A DNA stretch of 38,038 nucleotides from a virus: positions 1-38,038 of IMG/VR virus record IMGVR_UViG_3300023213_000358; one strand, given 5' to 3'. The position numbers and the translations under genes were made by a program. Each line of letters begins with the position of its first letter. The stretch's first letter is position 1. Below the pieces are notes generated by a model. It ran no database searches and had not been told where the DNA came from. It was given only the letters and a program-made list of their open reading frames with translations. This document shows, piece by piece, positions 31,207-38,038 of the stretch.

Positions 31207-31539
31207 GTGGTCATCACCCCCTTCGGCGACCTTGCTCTTGATGACCTCGTCGCCGAGGCCGCTTGGGTAGATGCGCACGAGCGCCGTCACTACGCACAGA
31301 CGGTGGCCGCGAAGCTCAGTGGCGGCGCCGTGCTGAGTGGGGTGATTGACGGGGACTGGATGCACCGGCACTGGGCGAGAACCGTCGCCTTGGCGATGCA
31401 GCAGGGGATTGACTTGACCGGCTATACCCAGGCGCTCGCACTGCCGTGGAAGTGGCGCACGGAACAGGAGCTCCTCGACTGGCACGAGTTGCACAATCGG
31501 CTGCACCTGAAGCAGGATCGACAACTGGGACTCATCTAG
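31207..31539 (+). CDS. Hypothetical protein
   Basis: ORF from the track (GTG start, no SD). Confidence 0.45.
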   Translation: MVITPFGDLALDDLVAEAAWVDAHERRHYAQTVAAKLSGGAVLSGVIDGDWMHRHWARTVALAMQQGIDLTGYTQALALPWKWRTEQELLDWHELHNRLHLKQDRQLGLI

Positions 31540-31553
31540 CGGACGCCCTCGCC

Positions 31554-33476
31554 ATGGCAGACCCCTTCTTTGGCGCCTCGAACTCGATCACCTCGAACAC
31601 GATGTTCGCCGGCGGCCCGGGCGGGGACCCGACGACGAATACGAGTCCCACGAGTCCGGGCCCTGCGGCGGGGACCGACAACACCTCCTGGCTCACCAAT
31701 CTCACCTCGGGGCTCTCCGACTTGTCCTCGGGAGTGAGTTCCTTCTTCAACAGTCCAGCTGGCAGTCTTGCGGAGTTTGGGACGCTCGCAGGACTGGGAC
31801 TCTCGCAGGCGAGCGATGCGAAGAAAACCAACGATGCGCTCGCCGGCTCGCTCTCCAGTCTCGGGACACCCTTCACGGGCACTGGCCAGGGAATCAACAC
31901 GCAGTTGAAGGGCGGGACGCCCGTGGCCGGCCCGCTCGGGGCCTCGATCACCGACCAGACGACGGCGGCGGCGAACTTTGGGAATGTGGCCAAAGCGTAC
32001 TCGACCGGTCAACTCACGGCCGCGCAGCAGCAGCAAGTGAATGACTTCGTGAAGCAGCAGCGCGCGATGGTGGACAGCCAACTCGCGGCCTCGGGGAACA
32101 CGGATGGCTCGGCGCGCGATGCCGCCTATCAGCAGATCGACAACAATGCGGCAGAGCTTGGGCAGCAGTTGATCTCCAGTGACTTAGGCGTCGGGCGCGA
32201 CGCCCTGAACACCGTGCAGCAGACCTACTCCACCCTGCTGAACCAAGCGCTCTCGACCGCTCAGTTTGGCTTTGGCGCGCAGGAAGCGGCCGTGCAGACG
32301 CAGATCCAGTCCGACACGCAGCTCGCCCAGTCGTTGAATCAACTCTTCGGGGCGATCGCGCAGGGGTTTGGAACGGCCATGGGCGCTCCCAAGGTGGCGA
32401 ACGTCACCCCTGGGGGCACGACGACCGGCACGGCCACGAGTCCTGCGAGCCAAGCGGCCAATCAGCTCGCCAAAGGCGCAGGGAGCGCACTCCAGAATGC
32501 GGCGACGGGCGGGGCGACCGCGCCAGCTGCGGGCCCCGGGACGGGACTGGCGACCTCGACCCCGAGTGACATCCTGAACACGGATCTGTCGAACTTCGGC
32601 AGTACCTTCGGGGGGATCAGTACTGCCGCGCCCGCGGCGAACTTAGCCGAGACTGACCTCTCTTCCTTCGGGAGCGTGTTCGGGACGCCGACGGCGGCGA
32701 CCGACGTCACGGCGGCGACGGGAGTCACCCCTGCCTTTAATACCGGGTTCATGTCGAGCGGGGCCTCCGGCGTCGCCGGAGCTGCGAATCTCGCCGATAC
32801 GCAGGCGGCCCAAGCAGCCGCAGGGGGGGCGAGTGCCGCCGCGCCCGCAGTCGCCCCCGCCGCTGCTGCTCCGGCCCTCGCTCCGGCTGCCGCCCCGGCT
32901 GCAGCAGCACCCGCTGTGGCCGCGCCCGCCGAGGCGATCGCTCCCGCCGCCGCAGTCGCGCCTGCGTTGACGGACGTGGGGATCATGCCGATTGGGACTG
33001 GCGCGATCGATGAAATCGCGGCTCAACAATCCGCAGAAGCCGCTAGCGCGTTGGGCTCGAGCAGCAGCAGTGCCGCTCTGGGACCTCTTGCGGGGACGCT
33101 TGCGGGGATCGGACTGACACTCGCTCCGGCACTCCTGGGCATGTCCACGCCTGCGTTCTCGGACAGTGCAGAGCACTGGGCAAATATCTCGAAAGCGCTG
33201 AAGGGCGGTTACAAGACCGATCCCAATACGGTAAACCACGCGTATGCGAACGATCCGCAGAGCACCCTCTTTGCGGACACGATCATGGGCGTGCTCTCGC
33301 AGCCGGCGAACCAGGTGCCGAACGACATCAAGCAGCTGGTGTGGCAGACGGGATTGGTACCACCGGGCCAGTGGGGACTGCCGACGGGAGATCCTAAGAC
33401 ACAACTGGCGCTCCTGCAGCAAGCGAATACAGCGGGTCGAGGTACGCGCACAGATCGAGGGACGGGGAAGAACTAG
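31554..33476 (+). CDS. Large low-complexity virion protein (internal/ejection protein candidate)
   Basis: ATG at 31554, in frame with track ORF 31446..33476. 640 aa rich in Ala/Gly/Ser/Thr/Gln, with a long Ala-Pro tract. Confidence 0.65.
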   Translation: MADPFFGASNSITSNTMFAGGPGGDPTTNTSPTSPGPAAGTDNTSWLTNLTSGLSDLSSGVSSFFNSPAGSLAEFGTLAGLGLSQASDAKKTNDALAGSLSSLGTPFTGTGQGINTQLKGGTPVAGPLGASITDQTTAAANFGNVAKAYSTGQLTAAQQQQVNDFVKQQRAMVDSQLAASGNTDGSARDAAYQQIDNNAAELGQQLISSDLGVGRDALNTVQQTYSTLLNQALSTAQFGFGAQEAAVQTQIQSDTQLAQSLNQLFGAIAQGFGTAMGAPKVANVTPGGTTTGTATSPASQAANQLAKGAGSALQNAATGGATAPAAGPGTGLATSTPSDILNTDLSNFGSTFGGISTAAPAANLAETDLSSFGSVFGTPTAATDVTAATGVTPAFNTGFMSSGASGVAGAANLADTQAAQAAAGGASAAAPAVAPAAAAPALAPAAAPAAAAPAVAAPAEAIAPAAAVAPALTDVGIMPIGTGAIDEIAAQQSAEAASALGSSSSSAALGPLAGTLAGIGLTLAPALLGMSTPAFSDSAEHWANISKALKGGYKTDPNTVNHAYANDPQSTLFADTIMGVLSQPANQVPNDIKQLVWQTGLVPPGQWGLPTGDPKTQLALLQQANTAGRGTRTDRGTGKN

Positions 33477-33478
33477 CC

Positions 33479-34882
33479 ATGGCTGACCCTGCCATCCCGA
33501 GTTTTTCGTCCCTGACCTCGGATCTGTCCGGGATCAGTGCGCAGTTTGACCCGCAGATTGCCTCCGAGCGTCACGCGGCCCAAGGGGCGGAGTCCCGCTC
33601 GGTCGGCGCGTCGGAACAGGCGGCGGGGGAAGCCGAGAAAGCCGCCGGGGATGTCTTGTCCTCAGACGAGCAGTTGAAGCAATGGGTGCAGTCCACCCCC
33701 TCGCGTCAGGTCGCCTACAAAGCGGCGATGCATGCCGCGCCGATGCTCTCGCTCCTCACCGCGCTCGGGGGAAAACTCACGCGGTTGAACGGCCAGCAGA
33801 TGCTCGGAGCGACCACGGGGATCGTGCAGGGCCTGAACTCGGGCGCCGAGAAACAGTACGAGGATGCGTACACGCAATGGAACGCCGCCTATCAGCGCAT
33901 GAAGGAGCATCAGGCCGCCCTCATGAAGGCGCACGAGTTGATGCTCGGGGCCTATCAGGGGCGCGCCGATGCGTACCAGAAAGCCGCCGAAGCCGCTCGG
34001 CGCATGACCGGAGATCTCCTGGATGAGAAGCAGACGGCGCTCGGCAACAAGGTGAATCTCTTCAAGACCCAGTCCGAGGCGCTCGATCGGCTGGAGAATA
34101 TTCACCTCGCGCTCGGGCACCTCAACGAGCAGAAGCGGCACAATTTGGCGACGGAGAACCAGACGGCGCTCAGCCCTCGGGCGCAAGAGTTGCTCTCTGA
34201 GCTTGCGCGCGAGGAAGTGCCGCTGCCCGCGGGCATGCGCGCGAAGGGCACGCTGGTGCCGGTACTGAATTCGATTGCCGAGCGCTACCCGAAAGAGAGT
34301 GTGGCAGCGCTAGTGGACGGCATTCGCTCCAACGCGATCGACATGAAGGTCGCGATGACCGAGGCCGGGATGCTGGGCCGGAAAGAAGCGGCGGTCTCGG
34401 GCGCACTGAATACCCTGACCAACAAGGGCGGACTGTTCGACCAGTTGGACGCCGCGGCGAAGAAAGTCAATCTCGACAGCGACAAGGTCAAAAGTCAGTT
34501 ACGGCTCTATCTGCAGGGGCATGCGATTGCAGACGAGGACGTGCAGAACTATCGTAACTTGATCGCAGACACCAAGTCCGAAGTGACCCAGGTGCTAAGC
34601 CGGTCGGGGATTCCGACCGATATCGTGCGCAGACAGGCCGACGAGATGTTCCCGCTGATCCTGAGTTATGGGGAGCTTCAAGTCTCCATGCAGGCCAGTC
34701 GGGCCGTCGCCCAGGCGGTGCTCAGTGGCAACGCCAAGGCCATTGAGATGCTCAAAGCCGGCAAGAGTTGGCCCGAGGTCGCCAAGGACGTCCCGGTCGA
34801 TCCTTTGGAAGGTCGCACGGCCACGGGCCGCAATGGGGAAAAGTACGTGCGCCAGGGCGGTCAGTGGGTGCGCACGCACTGA
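33479..34882 (+). CDS. Large alpha-helical virion protein (internal/ejection protein candidate)
   Basis: ORF from the track, 467 aa. Confidence 0.7.
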   Translation: MADPAIPSFSSLTSDLSGISAQFDPQIASERHAAQGAESRSVGASEQAAGEAEKAAGDVLSSDEQLKQWVQSTPSRQVAYKAAMHAAPMLSLLTALGGKLTRLNGQQMLGATTGIVQGLNSGAEKQYEDAYTQWNAAYQRMKEHQAALMKAHELMLGAYQGRADAYQKAAEAARRMTGDLLDEKQTALGNKVNLFKTQSEALDRLENIHLALGHLNEQKRHNLATENQTALSPRAQELLSELAREEVPLPAGMRAKGTLVPVLNSIAERYPKESVAALVDGIRSNAIDMKVAMTEAGMLGRKEAAVSGALNTLTNKGGLFDQLDAAAKKVNLDSDKVKSQLRLYLQGHAIADEDVQNYRNLIADTKSEVTQVLSRSGIPTDIVRRQADEMFPLILSYGELQVSMQASRAVAQAVLSGNAKAIEMLKAGKSWPEVAKDVPVDPLEGRTATGRNGEKYVRQGGQWVRTH

Positions 34883-34895
34883 AGGAGCGTTTCAC

Positions 34896-36350
34896 GTGGA
34901 ACCTGTGCCGGATGATCTGCCGCCCGGGGCCGTGCTAGACCCCCACCCTGCCGACTTGCCCGCGGGGGCGACACTGGACCCTGCCGAGGGGGAACACAGC
35001 CCGAACGCCTTGGGGCCGATGGCGAGCGCGGCGGTACGTCCCGTGGCTCGAGCGGCGAGTGACATTCTGAATTTCATTCCCGACATGGCGACCGACTTGG
35101 CGAACCTGATTCCCGAGAGCATTGCCGGTCCGAAGCTGCGCCGACCCTCGGAAGCTTGGTCGAACATCATCGACAAGTACACGACCAAGCCGCAAGGCCT
35201 CCTTGGGCGCGGGCCGGAGGAAGTGAGCACGCTGCTGTTGGGTGGCGGGGCCACGACGGGCTTGGAGCGCGCCGCAGGGCTGGGTGTCAAAGAAGCCACG
35301 GCGACCTATCAGCGCATCACCTCCCGAGCGGCGGAGAAGGCCCACACGGCGGGCTATCAGCTCCCGCCCTCCTATATCGGGGGTAAGCTTGCCAAGAGCG
35401 TACAGACCGCCGCCGGGGGCCCCAAGCTCGAAAAAACGATGTCCGCCGCCAATGAAGCCGTCACGGACCGACTGGCCCAGACGGAGCTTGGCCTGCACCC
35501 CGGGCACCCCGGGAACGAACTCGCCGAAGAGAGCTTCGAGGCGCTGAGACGGGAAGCGTATGAGCCGTACGAGGCCGTGCGGCAGTTTGGGACCGTCCCG
35601 ACGGATCAGGAGTTTCTGCACGACCTCGCAACGGCTGGCGACCGCTTCGCACACCGCCCCCGGAGCTTCAAGGGTGCCCGGTATCCAGAGATCGACGCCG
35701 AGAAAGCCCCGTACCAAGTGAGTGAGTTCAGCGCGTCCGAGGCGCTGGATGAGATTCGCACGCTCCGCCAACTCTCGCGCCAGAACCTTCGGAACTACAG
35801 CCCGGCCGCGAATGCACTCGGGTATACGCAGCGGGAGATCGCAAATGCGCTGGAGCACCAGATCGAGCGCGCCGCGAAGCGCTTAGGCAGCCCGGACCTA
35901 TTGGACCGCTTGCGCGCCGCACGCATCCAACTCTCCAAGATCGGAGCCATCGAGGACTCGATGGGCGCGGGCGGGCACGTCGTGGCCGAAGACCTGCGTC
36001 GGATGATGGATAAGGGTATTCCGCTGACCGGGAACCTGAAGTTGATCGCCGAGACTGCCAAGAATTTCCCCAGCGCCGTGCAGCAGATCACCAAGAAGGG
36101 GGAGACCGGAGTCTGGAGCGCGGTGGACTATCTCTTGGGTGGCACGGGCCTGGTGTCCGGGGCTCCCCAGGTCGCCGTGCTCTCGCTCGCCCGCCCGGTG
36201 AGTCGCTGGGCACTGGGCACCAAACCCGTGCAGAAGGCCATGATCCGCCGTCTCTCGGGCTCGGCCCCCTCGACCACGGGGACCTCGCTCAGTACGCTCG
36301 GGCGCGGGGCGGCCCTCGAGACCTACGAATCTCCTGAGCACACCCCGTAA
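34896..36350 (+). CDS. Large virion protein (internal/ejection protein candidate)
   Basis: GTG at 34896 with SD GAAGGAG, in frame with track ORF 34668..36350. Confidence 0.65.
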   Translation: MEPVPDDLPPGAVLDPHPADLPAGATLDPAEGEHSPNALGPMASAAVRPVARAASDILNFIPDMATDLANLIPESIAGPKLRRPSEAWSNIIDKYTTKPQGLLGRGPEEVSTLLLGGGATTGLERAAGLGVKEATATYQRITSRAAEKAHTAGYQLPPSYIGGKLAKSVQTAAGGPKLEKTMSAANEAVTDRLAQTELGLHPGHPGNELAEESFEALRREAYEPYEAVRQFGTVPTDQEFLHDLATAGDRFAHRPRSFKGARYPEIDAEKAPYQVSEFSASEALDEIRTLRQLSRQNLRNYSPAANALGYTQREIANALEHQIERAAKRLGSPDLLDRLRAARIQLSKIGAIEDSMGAGGHVVAEDLRRMMDKGIPLTGNLKLIAETAKNFPSAVQQITKKGETGVWSAVDYLLGGTGLVSGAPQVAVLSLARPVSRWALGTKPVQKAMIRRLSGSAPSTTGTSLSTLGRGAALETYESPEHTP

Positions 36351-36407
36351 AAAAGAGCGACACTCGCCGCCCTTGTCGGCCGGTCACAACGTCCAAGGGG
36401 GGCCACT

Positions 36408-36608
36408 GTGGGCAGAGGGCAGAAGTCCGATGACGAGATTTTCAAGGCCGCGAAAAACAAGATCGGCGACATGATCAAGACCGCCACCACCGTCGAGGAT
36501 GTCGTGTCGCTGTGCAACACGCTGAGCAAGATGAAGGCGGTCGAACTGAAAATGGGCGAAGATGACTGGGGTTCGGGACTGCCGAGTCCCCCGGATGAGA
36601 AACCATGA
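36408..36608 (+). CDS. Hypothetical small protein
   Basis: ORF from the track. Confidence 0.5.
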   Translation: MGRGQKSDDEIFKAAKNKIGDMIKTATTVEDVVSLCNTLSKMKAVELKMGEDDWGSGLPSPPDEKP

Positions 36609-36865
36609 CGCTTGTGGAGATCCTCGCCGGGGCGAATGTCGCCCTGCGCTTGATTCAAGAGCGCCTCCTGACCTTCGTGGCCCTACTCCTCACCTTTGCG
36701 CTCTTTGGCTGGGCGATGTGGCTCCAGAGCATTCTCGGGGCTATCATTGCAGGGACTTGGGGGCTGTCCATCTTCCTGCCGGTGCTCTTCTCCGGCCGAG
36801 GTACCTCCCATGTCCGTCAGCCCCCGGAAAACCAGTCCCCTGAAGGGACCGCGCACGGGTCATGA
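36605..36865 (+). CDS. Small 2-TM membrane protein
   Basis: ATGA overlap upstream. LLTFVALLLTFALFGWAMW and ILGAIIAGTWGLSIFLPVLF. Confidence 0.55.
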   Translation: MTLVEILAGANVALRLIQERLLTFVALLLTFALFGWAMWLQSILGAIIAGTWGLSIFLPVLFSGRGTSHVRQPPENQSPEGTAHGS

Positions 36866-37070
36866 AAAACTGCGCCTGACCCCGCTCACGCTGGAGCGGG
36901 CGCGCACGGACCCGGCACCGCTCGCGGTCCGGCACGTGAATTTCATTCAGGACTTCACTCGCCCGGTGAAGATCCCACGAAACTTACTCTCTTCTGAACG
37001 GGGCAGCAGCAACGAGAGTGACTCTGACGGTCAGCGCAAGGTTAGCGTGGGACAAATCCGGGAGGAGTAG
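36810..37070 (+). CDS. Hypothetical protein
   Basis: Internal ATG of track ORF 36696..37070. GC3-rich from 36810. Overlaps the previous gene by 56 nt. Confidence 0.45.
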   Translation: MSVSPRKTSPLKGPRTGHEKLRLTPLTLERARTDPAPLAVRHVNFIQDFTRPVKIPRNLLSSERGSSNESDSDGQRKVSVGQIREE

Positions 37071-37076
37071 CCCCGT

Positions 37077-37481
37077 ATGGCCATCACGTCAGCGTTTCAA
37101 ATGCAGGCCAGCGCCAAGACCATTACGGTGCAGACGAATGTAGCGCCTTCCACCAGTCAATCCACTGTGATTAATCTGACAGACATGGGTCTCACTCAGT
37201 GGCCGCAGTCCTTGCGCATGATCAACAACGGTACGGTAGACATCTGGGTGTACCCGAGTAATTCAGCACAGACCGCAGCTTTTCCGACTGCTGGCACCGT
37301 GACTGCGGGCACACCTCAGCCAGGCTTTCGACTCAAACCCGGTGTTGTCGAAGTATTCGCTCTGAGTGTTCTCGCGACCAATCCGAGCGCTGCGCAACCG
37401 CCCGTGCCAGGTTTTTTTCTCAACACGATTGCGTCGGTTGCTTCTCAACAGTTTGACGTGAGTCCTGGGGAAGGGTTGTGA
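37077..37481 (+). CDS. Hypothetical structural protein (lower GC)
   Basis: ORF from the track. SD GGGAGGAG. Confidence 0.65.
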   Translation: MAITSAFQMQASAKTITVQTNVAPSTSQSTVINLTDMGLTQWPQSLRMINNGTVDIWVYPSNSAQTAAFPTAGTVTAGTPQPGFRLKPGVVEVFALSVLATNPSAAQPPVPGFFLNTIASVASQQFDVSPGEGL

Positions 37482-38038
37482 GTGTTCGGGGGGTTGCCGC
37501 CGCGGGCACTGGTCGTTTGTTGAGTATCCAAGGCGCGCCGGTCATCCTTGCGGGTGCGGGTACGTACACTCCATCCGCTGGCTGTAGTTCATTTTTTGTG
37601 GACTGCTTAGCCGGAGGGGGCCAGGGGGGCGGAGCCAACTTCACGTCAACCGGCTCTGCCGCCGCCGGCGGCAATTCGGGAGCGCGGTGTTACAAAACCG
37701 TCAGCCCTGCTAGTTCTCAGGGATACACCTTTTCGGTCGGCGCTGCAGGCTCAAGTGGTGCGGCCGGGGCTGCAGGAGGGAGTGGAGGTGCAACCACGTT
37801 CGCCGATGTTGCAACGAGTGGCGCAACAGTGAACTTGACTGCGAACGGTGGGAATGGTGGGCAAGCGGTGGCAGATGCAGTAACCATAGGTTTCCCAGCC
37901 TCAGCACAAGCGACCGCAGCGGGTGGAGACAATAATATTAAGGCTACTATTGGACTGCCAGGTGTATTCATAGTCGCTTCCTCTTGGTCTGGTAGCGGTG
38001 CATCAAGTGTGTATGGTGCAGGCGGGAAGGGACAGAGC
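37478..38038 (+). CDS. 5' part of a glycine-rich tail-fibre-like protein that continues across the circular junction to 253 (about 228 aa in total)
   Basis: GTG at 37478 overlaps the upstream TGA (GTGA). No stop before the window end. Translation: ...AGGGQGGGANFTSTGSAAAGGNSGARCY...GYTFSVGAAGSSGAAGAAGGSGGATTF...ANGGNGGQA... Absent from the ORF track because it is unterminated in the linear window. Confidence 0.75.
   Translation, partial: MSVRGVAAAGTGRLLSIQGAPVILAGAGTYTPSAGCSSFFVDCLAGGGQGGGANFTSTGSAAAGGNSGARCYKTVSPASSQGYTFSVGAAGSSGAAGAAGGSGGATTFADVATSGATVNLTANGGNGGQAVADAVTIGFPASAQATAAGGDNNIKATIGLPGVFIVASSWSGSGASSVYGAGGKGQS
37912..38038. repeat. Terminal overlap, identical to 1..127
   Basis: Direct comparison by eye. 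Confidence 0.95.

Noticed and set aside
32462-32986. Ala-rich 174-aa ORF on the - strand.
   Set aside because: It is the mirror image of the Ala/Pro-rich tract of the + strand virion protein (GCN codons read as GCN/NGC on the opposite strand), so it is an artefact of low-complexity sequence.
1-38038. tRNA, rRNA, tmRNA, integrase, transposase, reverse transcriptase/DGR and toxin genes of known families.
   Set aside because: I scanned the intergenic regions for T-loop-like GGTTCGAATCC/GTTCRANYC motifs and the translations for recombinase or RT signatures, and recognised none. This absence is by eye only; tRNAscan-SE or Infernal and profile searches are needed to confirm it.

Overview
This window appears to be a complete, circularly closed dsDNA phage genome. 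Bases 1-127 are identical to 37912-38038, so the unique length is about 37,911 bp. It is GC-rich and densely coded, and many genes are joined by 4-nt ATGA/GTGA/TTGA start-stop overlaps. All functional calls come from motif recognition by eye; no homology search was run.

Layout:
- **Receptor-binding and lysis (37077 through the junction to 3253, + strand).** A visibly lower-GC tail-fibre/receptor-binding block includes a glycine-rich gene that spans the circular junction. It is followed by a lysis cassette with a GH108-type endolysin and a holin-like protein.
- **Early region (3256-12089, - strand).** This holds a RecT plus PD-(D/E)XK nuclease recombination pair. It also holds an apparent anti-restriction/DNA-modification island: a C5-cytosine methyltransferase, a DpdA-like transglycosylase, a Lar-like protein, an orphan radical-SAM enzyme and a Cys-rich acidic protein.
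- **Switch and right arm (12090-14123).** A divergent promoter region precedes an XRE-type HTH gene, a RuvC-like resolvase and small unknown genes on the + strand.
- **Small operon (15397-14120, - strand).** A near-consensus promoter with an overlapping palindrome drives two unknown genes, an HTH gene, a 53-aa lipoprotein and a TM protein. The layout resembles an anti-defence acr-aca locus.
- **Replication (16105-16959, +).** The initiator gene carries an internal iteron array.
- **Late operon (17392-37481, +).** It encodes the large terminase, an unusual 2.3-kb five-gene insertion, the portal, scaffold, major capsid, adaptor/nozzle-like and fibre-like proteins, and three large low-complexity proteins. 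No tape-measure gene is visible, which fits a podovirus-like architecture.

I recognised no tRNA, rRNA, CRISPR array, integrase or transposase. The most interesting candidate is the DpdA-like gene. It has no preQ0 biosynthesis genes nearby and sits close to an unassigned radical-SAM enzyme, so it may mark an undescribed DNA-modification pathway.
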